From: an uncultured Bacillales bacterium
Lineage (GTDB): Bacteria > Bacillota_I > Bacilli_A > RF39 > UBA660
Direction: 5' to 3'
DNA length: 64,000 nt
NCBI GenBank assembly: GCA_905206805.1
Contig: CAJLIR010000002.1
Span: forward strand, 26,999 to 90,998
The translations under genes were made by a program, and so were the position numbers. The first letter of the stretch is position 1; every line of letters starts with the position of its first letter. Shown here in pieces: positions 39,220 to 46,540 of this stretch. Under the pieces are notes generated by a model, which did not search any database, was not told the DNA's origin, and saw only the letters and a list, made by a program, of their open reading frames with translations.

Positions 39220-41187
39220 ATGAGATTTGTTAAATTAGATACTAATGATAAAAATTATTTTAACAATATTAACAAAATTTTTTTAGAAGATGAAACAAGT
39301 GTTATTGTCTTATGTAATAATTCTTATATAACTTATCATTCTTATATTGATTCAGTTAAAGTTGGCTATAATCCAATAATAGAAGAAGATAAGTTGCAAC
39401 AAGATATTAAAGAAATAGAAAATGTTTGGAGTAATAATACTTATATAGATAAACATAGATGGAATTATTTATACAAAGATAATGACAAAGTAATTGATTA
39501 TTTAAGAAGTTTAAATCTCAAAAAAATATACATTACTGGTGAATTATCTAATATTTTATATAGTTATATTAATGTATATGGTAACGATTTTGAGGTAGAA
39601 GTAATTGATTATGATTTAGATATAGTAAAAAAATTAATCGATAATAATGAAATAGTATTAGATACTTGTTTAAATGGATTAAAACTCAAAGAAATACTAT
39701 TTAATAAAAATTTAATAAGTTTAACTAAATTATGTGAAAATGTTGAATATTACTATTTTGTTAAAAAATTATCTAAAAAACTTGATATAACAGTATTTGA
39801 ATTTCCTAGTACTGATGACATAACATCTTTTAGTTTAGAAGAAAGAAAGAGATTAGATAGTAAAATAGGATATATATATTATTTAAGTAAATACAATATA
39901 GACGAAGAAATTACTAAATTATTAAATAGTATTTATGGTGAAAGTTTTATGACAAAATTTTGTGGTTTAGAAAATATTTCTCCTGGTACCATAATACAAA
40001 ATGGAATATGTAGATTAGCTGATTCAAATAATGAATTTTGTAGAACTATCAATGGTAAAAGAGTTACAACAGATAAAAATAGAGATTATGCTTTTGATAT
40101 TAATTTTTTAGGTCCTTGTATGGTATATGGAGTTTTAGTAGATGACAAAAACACTATTCCTAGTTGTTTGCAAAGAATAATAAATGAAAATAATAGAGAT
40201 TATTCTGTTAATAATTATGGATTAAGAGCTATGGAATTTTTTGAACAAGTAAGAATAGCTGATAATATCAATAGTAAACTTAATGATAAATTTATATTTA
40301 TAGTATCTAAGAAAGAAAATGAAGTATTAAAAAGTATGGGATATAATAGTGCTATATCACTTCTTGAATTATATAATTCAGGAGTATTAAAAAATTACTT
40401 TATAGATAAACCGGCACATTGTAATAGTGAAGCTAATGACATGATAGCACGTTTTATTTATGAAAAAATTGAAAAAGAATTAAAGACTGTTGATTCTATT
40501 AATCATACTTTAGCAATAGCTATTCCTAATACTAAAAAAAGAAATATATTTGGTAACAATAGATATTTGAATGAATATTTAGAATTTCTTAAGGGTTTAA
40601 ATATTAATACTAGCAATAATGGTGCAATACTTATGAATTGTAATCCATTTACTTATGGTCATTATAAACTGATAGACTATGCTAGAAAAGAAGTTAATAC
40701 TTTAATTGTAATGGTTGTACAAGAAGATAAATCAAAATATTCTTTTAAAGATAGATATGAAATGGTTAAAGAAGGCTGTAAAGACTTTGAAAATGTAGTA
40801 GTAATACCAAGTGGTAAGATATTTGGTTCATCAATGATATTTCCTGAGTATTTTAATAGAAGTGAATCAACTGATGTATCTCTTGATTTATCAATAGATC
40901 AAGAAATATTTACTCAATATATAGCACCAGTCTTAAATATAAAAAAAAGATTTGTTGGTCAAGAACAAAATGACTACATAACTAGAGAATATAATAAAGA
41001 ACTTAAAAGAAATTTACCACTATATGGAATTGAATTAATAGAAATACCTAGATTTAGAAATATAAATGGTGATGAAATAAGCGCTAAGACAGTAAGAAGA
41101 GCAGTTGAAGAAAATGATGATGAATTGCTTGAAATATTAGTTCCTGAATCTACTTTAAGATTGATAAAAACTAGAAAAATGAAATAA
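39220..41187 (+). CDS. Large protein with C-terminal citrate-lyase-ligase (CitC)-like adenylyltransferase domain; N-terminal ~430 aa unknown
   Basis: NCNPFTYGHYKLIDYA (HxGH-type), FTQYIAPVLNIKKRFVGQEQNDYITREYN, and ISAKTVRRAVEEND follow the E. coli CitC C-terminal domain as I recall it. Confidence 0.6.
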   Translation: MRFVKLDTNDKNYFNNINKIFLEDETSVIVLCNNSYITYHSYIDSVKVGYNPIIEEDKLQQDIKEIENVWSNNTYIDKHRWNYLYKDNDKVIDYLRSLNLKKIYITGELSNILYSYINVYGNDFEVEVIDYDLDIVKKLIDNNEIVLDTCLNGLKLKEILFNKNLISLTKLCENVEYYYFVKKLSKKLDITVFEFPSTDDITSFSLEERKRLDSKIGYIYYLSKYNIDEEITKLLNSIYGESFMTKFCGLENISPGTIIQNGICRLADSNNEFCRTINGKRVTTDKNRDYAFDINFLGPCMVYGVLVDDKNTIPSCLQRIINENNRDYSVNNYGLRAMEFFEQVRIADNINSKLNDKFIFIVSKKENEVLKSMGYNSAISLLELYNSGVLKNYFIDKPAHCNSEANDMIARFIYEKIEKELKTVDSINHTLAIAIPNTKKRNIFGNNRYLNEYLEFLKGLNINTSNNGAILMNCNPFTYGHYKLIDYARKEVNTLIVMVVQEDKSKYSFKDRYEMVKEGCKDFENVVVIPSGKIFGSSMIFPEYFNRSESTDVSLDLSIDQEIFTQYIAPVLNIKKRFVGQEQNDYITREYNKELKRNLPLYGIELIEIPRFRNINGDEISAKTVRRAVEENDDELLEILVPESTLRLIKTRKMK

Positions 41188-41345
41188 ATCTCATTTTTGG
41201 CACTTTAATAACTAGTCTTTTTATGTTATATTTATAATGATGATAATAGAGCTTTTTATTTATAGAAATAAAAACAACAAATTTATAATTAACGATGATT
41301 TATTGAAAATATATGATGTAATTAAAAATAAATGGGAGGTTTTGT

Positions 41346-41741
41346 ATGAATACAAAAATTGTTTTGACTGGAATTTTGAAATCTAATGATGAATTTTTGG
41401 TAGTTAAAAGAAGTGAAAATGATGATTTATATCCAGGAGCATGGGAATTTCCTGGAGGCCACCTAGAAAGTGGTGAAACTTTAAAAGAAGGTTTAAAAAG
41501 AGAATTATTTGAGGAAATTGGGTTTAGTTCAGAATTTGAGCCAATTATTACACATTATTATGATGAAGTAAAAAATAAAAATGATGAATTGATTCATGAT
41601 TTAGAAATTGATTTTATTATTAATGTTAATAAATCAGATGTTAATGTTATATTAAGTGATGAACATTGTGATTATAAATGGGTAAAAAAGGATTCTTATT
41701 TGTTGGATGAATATATTAAAGATAAATTATCAAACATATAA
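41346..41741 (+). CDS. NUDIX hydrolase (MutT-like)
   Basis: WEFPGGHLESGETLKEGLKRELFEEIG Nudix box. Confidence 0.85.
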   Translation: MNTKIVLTGILKSNDEFLVVKRSENDDLYPGAWEFPGGHLESGETLKEGLKRELFEEIGFSSEFEPIITHYYDEVKNKNDELIHDLEIDFIINVNKSDVNVILSDEHCDYKWVKKDSYLLDEYIKDKLSNI

Positions 41742-41808
41742 AATTATCAAATTTTTAAAAATGTATCAAAAAAGTCCAAATTCGTACCAAAAACGGACTT
41801 GATTTGAC

Positions 41809-41880
41809 TTGAATATATTTTGTCAAGTGTTATAATATAGTAAAATATGTGAGAATTATGAAGAAAACTTACATATTTTT
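41809..41880 (+). promoter_or_regulatory. Promoter (TTGAAT-16-TGtTATAAT) followed immediately by a terminator hairpin: about 37 nt transcript unit 1
   Basis: -35 at 41809-14 and -10 at 41831-36. Hairpin AATATGTGAG-14 nt-CTTACATATT plus a T-run, 41844-41880. Confidence 0.4.
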
Positions 41881-41928
41881 ATGACACAAATTGTACATGA
41901 TATTACATGAATTGATCATAAAATGAAC

Positions 41929-42009
41929 TTGACTTGTGCTTGTCAATAGTTATAATAGTGTATAATATGAAAAAATTGTGTGGAGAGGAACTATGTTCTT
42001 CTCTTTTTT
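41929..42009 (+). promoter_or_regulatory. Promoter (TTGACT-16-TATAAT) followed by a terminator hairpin: about 47 nt transcript unit 2
   Basis: -35 at 41929-34 and -10 at 41951-56. Hairpin GAGAGGAAC-TAT-GTTCTTCTC plus TTTTTT, 41983-42009. Shares GACTTG...TTGTCAA..GTTATAATA with unit 1. Confidence 0.4.
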
Positions 42010-42075
42010 ATTTAAAGGAGATGGTTTTATAAATTAAAAAGTATAGGAAGCATATATTTTTAATGATTTTGTTAT

Positions 42076-42153
42076 GAGTGGTCACTTTTATTAAAAAGGG
42101 TAGCCACTTTTTTTGTTGGTATTAAAGGAATATTTATATATGAGTAGCCACTT
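42076..42153 (+). repeat. Three direct copies of a 12-mer (GAGTGGTCACTT, GGGTAGCCACTT, GAGTAGCCACTT)
   Basis: Copies at 42076-87, 42098-109, and 42142-53. Operator or iteron candidates upstream of the RHH gene. Confidence 0.55.
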
Positions 42154-42171
42154 ACTACTTAAAAAGTAGTC

Positions 42172-42191
42172 ATTTTTGCAAGTGCAAAAAT
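42172..42191. repeat. Perfect palindrome ATTTTTGCA-AG-TGCAAAAAT
   Basis: 9 bp arms with a 2 nt spacer, lying between the 12-mer copies. Confidence 0.5.
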
Positions 42192-42314
42192 AGTAATGAC
42201 ACCACCATATTTACTTTATTTTATAAGGTAAATATAAGATTATGGTGGCATTCTCCTTATGCCCATTAAAAATATGCAGAATTTATTACTCAAAGAATAG
42301 CTTAAAAATAGTAA

Positions 42315-42326
42315 AAGTGGCTACTC
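42315..42326 (-). repeat. Inverted fourth copy of the 12-mer (AAGTGGCTACTC = reverse complement of GAGTAGCCACTT)
   Basis: Exact reverse complement of copy 3, 30 nt upstream of the RHH start codon. Confidence 0.55.
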
Positions 42327-42355
42327 ATAATTTTAAGAAAGGAAGGAAAATTTTT

Positions 42356-42550
42356 ATGAGATGTACTGAAAGAACCACATTAAGATTAGATGATAATTTA
42401 AAAACTAGAATTAGGCTTTTATCTATTAAAAATAATTTTAGTATGAATAAAATGTTTATCTATTTATTAGAGCTAGGTTATAGATCTTATATAGAAAGAT
42501 ATGAAAAAGATTATGAATTTAAAATGGAAGGAGGAAAAATATTATGGTAA
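42356..42550 (+). CDS. Ribbon-helix-helix (CopG/Arc-like) DNA-binding protein
   Basis: AAGGAAGGA RBS. TTLRLDDNLKTRIRLLSIKNNFSMNKMFIYLLELG has a beta-strand/helix/helix pattern. The longer track ORF starting at 42242 is rejected. Confidence 0.65.
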   Translation: MRCTERTTLRLDDNLKTRIRLLSIKNNFSMNKMFIYLLELGYRSYIERYEKDYEFKMEGGKILW

Positions 42551-42873
42551 TAAGAACAGAAAAACTTACTAATTATACGAAGATTGATAACACTTATTTA
42601 GAAGATAAAAATATATCTTTAAAGGCAAAAGGATTATTAACTTTAATGTTATCTTTACCTGATGTATGGAATTTTAATATTAATGGTTTAAGACTTTTAT
42701 GTAAAGAGAGTAGATTAGCTATTACTAATGCACTAAAAGAATTAGAAGAAAATAGATATTTAATTATTGAAAAAGGACATTCTAAAGATGGTAAATTTTT
42801 ATATAACTATATTGTTTATGAAAAACAATATACCCAAAAAGTACACACTGAACAACCATATATGGATAATTAG
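42544..42873 (+). CDS. Winged-helix/HTH protein of the plasmid/phage replication-initiator N-terminal type (RepA_N/DnaD-like)
   Basis: YTKIDNTYLEDKNISLKAKGLLTLMLSL...ITNALKELEENRYLI pattern. Translationally coupled to the RHH gene. Looks C-terminally short. Confidence 0.45.
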   Translation: MVIRTEKLTNYTKIDNTYLEDKNISLKAKGLLTLMLSLPDVWNFNINGLRLLCKESRLAITNALKELEENRYLIIEKGHSKDGKFLYNYIVYEKQYTQKVHTEQPYMDN

Positions 42874-43127
42874 ATAGTATAAATAACTTAAAGATTAATA
42901 AAGTAAAACAAATATAAAATAGATAAAACAAAAAAATTATTATTATTTTTATAAAAAACTCTTGCAAAATTTATTTTTTTAAGTGATAAATATTAAAACT
43001 AAATTTTAATTTATTGATGCTTAATATAAGAAATAAGAGACTTTAATATTAATCTTAATCAGTTATTAGTATAAAAAATAAAGTCTCTTAAAATGACTTA
43101 AATTGAAAATGAAGGAGTGTGTTTGAT

Positions 43128-43553
43128 ATGTATTTAAAAAATACAAGTAATGAAGAAAAAGAATTAGTTATAAAAATAAATGAACTTGATAGAGATGATA
43201 AACTAAAATTTATTAATTATATTTTTGATTTATGGGATAAAAATCAAATTAATAGTTTGAATGAGGTTAATCCTAATTTACTTGATGATGGTATAGATAT
43301 AGAAATATTTAATCCGAGTAGTATTGATTATCGTTATTTAGTAATTGAGAATAAAGAGTATTGTAACTATACTTTTAATCTTTATCGTCTTTATCCAAAA
43401 GAATATAAAGAATTAATACCAGTGTTTGAAAAATTATCATTTAAAGAAAAGAAAGATACACTTGCAGAATTATTCTTGATATTAGGACATGATGAATTAT
43501 TACCTGATAATATTGATGGCTATGAAATAGCTAGAAAAATTATAAAATATTAA
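43128..43553 (+). CDS. Hypothetical protein
   Basis: GAAGGAG RBS. No motif recognised. Confidence 0.45.
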   Translation: MYLKNTSNEEKELVIKINELDRDDKLKFINYIFDLWDKNQINSLNEVNPNLLDDGIDIEIFNPSSIDYRYLVIENKEYCNYTFNLYRLYPKEYKELIPVFEKLSFKEKKDTLAELFLILGHDELLPDNIDGYEIARKIIKY

Positions 43554-43720
43554 TAATAAAAAACTAAATTGTTATTTGAAAACTTAATTTATTTCAAATG
43601 ATGATTTAGTCTAATTTTGTCCTTTGTGGTATTTAAGTTTTCAAATTTTTTGTAGAACTTAATACCTTAAGTTCTTTTTAAGTTTTTATAAAAATAAACT
43701 TAAAAGAAAGGACAAAGTAT

Positions 43721-43927
43721 ATGGAAAGCATGAATAAAGTTCCATCAAAAATTATTGAAATAGAAACAAGTATTAAATTACTTGAATATTTAAAAAGAAA
43801 TAATACTATTGATGATGGAATGTATAATTTTTGTATTAATAAATTGTTACATAAAATAGAATTTGAAAAGCAAAAACAAGATGATAAATATATAAATGAT
43901 TTAAACAATTATAAACTATTAACTTAG
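43721..43927 (+). CDS. Small (68 aa) protein immediately upstream of the recombinase; recombination directionality factor candidate
   Basis: Position only, 11 nt before the recombinase start. No motif recognised. Confidence 0.35.
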   Translation: MESMNKVPSKIIEIETSIKLLEYLKRNNTIDDGMYNFCINKLLHKIEFEKQKQDDKYINDLNNYKLLT

Positions 43928-43938
43928 GAGGTGTGATT

Positions 43939-45588
43939 ATGGACTTATATATAGTTAGGAATAATATTATGAAAGGTGTTCCGTTACAAGAATTAAATTT
44001 AAGAGTATGTTTTTATGCCAGAGTATCAACTGATAAAGATGAACAATTACATTCTTTACAAAGTCAAATATCTTTCTTTAATGATTATATTAGTAAAGTT
44101 CCTAACTGGGAATTTATAGGTTCATATATTGATGAAGGAATATCAGGTACACAAGTTAAAAAACGTGAAGAATTTTTAAGAATGATAGAAGATGCTAAAA
44201 GGCATAAGTTTGATTTAATCTTAACTAAAGAAATATCAAGATTTTCAAGAAGTACACTAGATAGTATTAAATATACACAAGAATTATTATCAAATGGTGT
44301 TGGTGTATATTTTCTAAATGATAATATTAATACGATATTACCTGATTCTGAACTTAGACTTACAATGATGTCTTCAATTGCTCAAGATGAAGTAAGAAGA
44401 CTTTCTGAAAGAGTTTCATTTGGGATGAAGAGAAGTATTGATAATGGTGTAGTGTTAGGATGTTCTAATATTTATGGTTATGTAAAAGATAAAGGAAAAT
44501 TAGTAATCGTTGAAGAACAAGCAAAAATGATTAAGATAATATTTGATAGATATGCTAATACTACTGATGGATTATCTAAAGTATCAAGATATTTATATAG
44601 TTTAGAATATAAGAGCAAAACTGGTAAACGAATAGATACTACAATCCTTACAAGAATTATAGAAAATCCTAAATATAAAGGATATTATTGTGGACATAAA
44701 TCAAAGGTATTAGACTATCGTACAAAACAAAAGAAAAGATTAAATGAATCTGATTGGATAATATATAAAGATTATGATAATGTTCCACCAATAGTATCTG
44801 AAGAACTATGGGAACGAGCTAATATTAAACTAAAGCAACGACAAGATAGTTTTACAAATCGTGCAGTTAATAAAGCAGTATTTCAAAATAGATATACATA
44901 TTCAGGAAAAATATATTGTGGTTGCCATAATTTAACTTATCATAGATCAAGTGCGGGAAAAAGAAAAAATAATCCTGTATGGGAATGTCAAGTATATCGG
45001 AAAGAAAGTTTAAAAGGGTGTTCAAATCCTAGAGTATTTGAACTGGAACTTGATGAAGTTTTTAAAGATATGTTTAATAAATTATTTAAAAGAAGAAATA
45101 ATATCTTTGATGAGATATTAAATGAATGTAAGAATTATTTAGAAACTAATAATAATGATATTGAAATAAAAAATATTGAATCTAAAATATCAGTTTTAAA
45201 TAATAAAAAAGATAAATTATTAGAACTAGTTATGGAAGAATACCTATCTAAAGAAGATTACAAAAAACAAGTTGATTTAATAAATGAAGATTTAGTTATT
45301 TACCAAAGTAAAATGAACGAATTAAAAAATAATAAGAAAGATAAAAATTATATAGAAAATAAAATTAATGAAATTAAAATTTTATTAGAAAAATGCTTAG
45401 ATGATGATAAATGTTATAGTGATGTATTTAATGAAATAATAGATAGAATAATAGTTTATAAAGAAAGTGAAAAACAAATTAAATTAGATATTTTTATTAA
45501 GACAGGAGAAAGTATAAATACACTTTCTAATAATTTAGGTAAAAAGTTTCATTTATTAGACCTCAATACAACAAATAACTGCTGTTAG
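43939..45588 (+). CDS. Large serine recombinase
   Basis: AGGAGG RBS. RVCFYARVSTDKDEQ..SLQSQ catalytic Ser region, resolvase domain, recombinase domain, Cys-rich zinc ribbon (YCGCHNLTYH...WECQ), and coiled coil. The stop lies 16 nt beyond the crossover, inside spoVD DNA. Confidence 0.9.
   Translation: MDLYIVRNNIMKGVPLQELNLRVCFYARVSTDKDEQLHSLQSQISFFNDYISKVPNWEFIGSYIDEGISGTQVKKREEFLRMIEDAKRHKFDLILTKEISRFSRSTLDSIKYTQELLSNGVGVYFLNDNINTILPDSELRLTMMSSIAQDEVRRLSERVSFGMKRSIDNGVVLGCSNIYGYVKDKGKLVIVEEQAKMIKIIFDRYANTTDGLSKVSRYLYSLEYKSKTGKRIDTTILTRIIENPKYKGYYCGHKSKVLDYRTKQKKRLNESDWIIYKDYDNVPPIVSEELWERANIKLKQRQDSFTNRAVNKAVFQNRYTYSGKIYCGCHNLTYHRSSAGKRKNNPVWECQVYRKESLKGCSNPRVFELELDEVFKDMFNKLFKRRNNIFDEILNECKNYLETNNNDIEIKNIESKISVLNNKKDKLLELVMEEYLSKEDYKKQVDLINEDLVIYQSKMNELKNNKKDKNYIENKINEIKILLEKCLDDDKCYSDVFNEIIDRIIVYKESEKQIKLDIFIKTGESINTLSNNLGKKFHLLDLNTTNNCC
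45549..45570. repeat. attR: element-terminal inverted repeat TCATTTATTAGAC plus junction repeat ATACA
   Basis: The 13-mer at 45549-61 is the reverse complement of 28708-20. ATACA at 45566-70. Confidence 0.8.
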
Positions 45589-46231
45589 CGCTGCAATAAA
45601 TGGTGGATATTTATATAAGCCTTACATTGTTAAAAGTTTAAATGAACCTGAAACTAATACTATTATTAAACAAAACGATAAACAAATTGTAAGAAAAGTT
45701 ATAAGTGAAGAGACAAGTGAAAAGGTTAGATATGCTCTAGAGAGTGTTGTTTCAAACGGTACAGGAAGACCAGCGTATATAGATGGATATAGAGTTGGAG
45801 GAAAAACTGGTACTGCTCAAAAAGTTAAAGATGGAAGATATATGGTAGGTAACTACATTGTGTCATTTATAGGATTTCTTCCTGCTGATGATCCAGAAGT
45901 GATTGTTTATATTGCAGTTGATAATGCTAAAGGTGTTACGCAATATGGAGGAACTATTGCGGCACCAATTGCGAAAACTGTTTTAACTGACGCTATAACA
46001 GCTTTACATATTGATAAAAGAAGTGGCAGTACTGAAAAAAAATACAATTATAATGATAAAAAATATGTTGATGTTGCTAATGTAGTTGGAATGAGTAGAA
46101 ATGAAGCAATTAAAGCACTGAAATCATTTAAAGTTGAATATACGGGTACAGGTGAAAATGTAACTTATCAGTCTCCTGCAGCTGGAGAGCGAATTTTAGA
46201 AGGTGAAACAGTAAGATTATTATTAGAGTAA
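45571..46231 (+). CDS. spoVD: SpoVD-type PBP, 3' segment (no own start; in frame with the 5' segment after excision)
   Basis: (Q)QITAVSAAINGGYLYKPYIVK, GGKTGTAQK (KTG motif), and one C-terminal PASTA domain (VANVVGMSRNEAIKAL...). The frame is open from the junction. Confidence 0.9.
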
Positions 46232-46258
46232 AAAAATATGTATTAACATATTTTTTTT
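46232..46258 (+). terminator. Intrinsic terminator after spoVD
   Basis: AAAATATGT-ATTA-ACATATTTT plus a T-run. Confidence 0.55.
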
Positions 46259-46304
46259 GACAATAAATATAAGTTAAGTGATATATACTAACTTTGGTGA
46301 TTAT

Positions 46305-46478
46305 ATGAAAGTAAAATTATTTGATGAAGCGCACGAAAAAGATTTAGAAAATTCTATAAATGAATTTTTAACGGATTTTGAAGGAGAAATAATAGATATA
46401 AAATATCAAGTTTCAATAGGTGTTTTTTCAGAGGAACAAATTTATTGTTTTTCAGCCATGATTATTTATACAAAGTAA
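46305..46478 (+). CDS. cse60: Sporulation protein Cse60-like
   Basis: MKVKLFDEAHEKDLENSINEFL...IIDIKYQV...YCFSAMIIY matches my memory of the 60 aa B. subtilis Cse60. Start moved to the ATG after GGTGA. Confidence 0.6.
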   Translation: MKVKLFDEAHEKDLENSINEFLTDFEGEIIDIKYQVSIGVFSEEQIYCFSAMIIYTK

Positions 46479-46540
46479 AATTGATTAAAAATAATAATTA
46501 TTATTCATAATAACATAGAATATATAGAGGAGGATAATAT

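Larger units (their letters stand above)
28701..45570 (+). mobile_element. 16.87 kb serine-recombinase integrative element inserted in spoVD (skin-like intervening element candidate)
   Basis: Flanked by ATACA at 28696-28700 and 45566-45570. Perfect 13 bp terminal inverted repeats. Large serine recombinase at the right end. Removal restores an in-frame spoVD of about 634 aa. Confidence 0.85.

Noticed and set aside
42242-42355. Long N-terminal extension of the RHH ORF (track start at 42242)
   Set aside because: The extension covers the operator repeats and has no RBS. A good RBS precedes the ATG at 42356, and the RHH fold starts right there.
43554-43938. Sigma-E/sigma-K type promoter upstream of the recombinase, which would support mother-cell-specific excision
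   Set aside because: I could not find a CATACA-T type -10 with an appropriately spaced -35 by eye. Developmental control therefore remains a hypothesis rather than something the sequence shows.
28701-45570. Prophage or conjugative transposon interpretation of the inserted element
   Set aside because: I could not recognise any capsid, portal, terminase, tail, holin/lysin, relaxase, coupling protein or T4SS genes. Only a recombinase, an RHH/HTH module and enzymatic cargo are present. It is better described as a non-phage integrative or intervening element.
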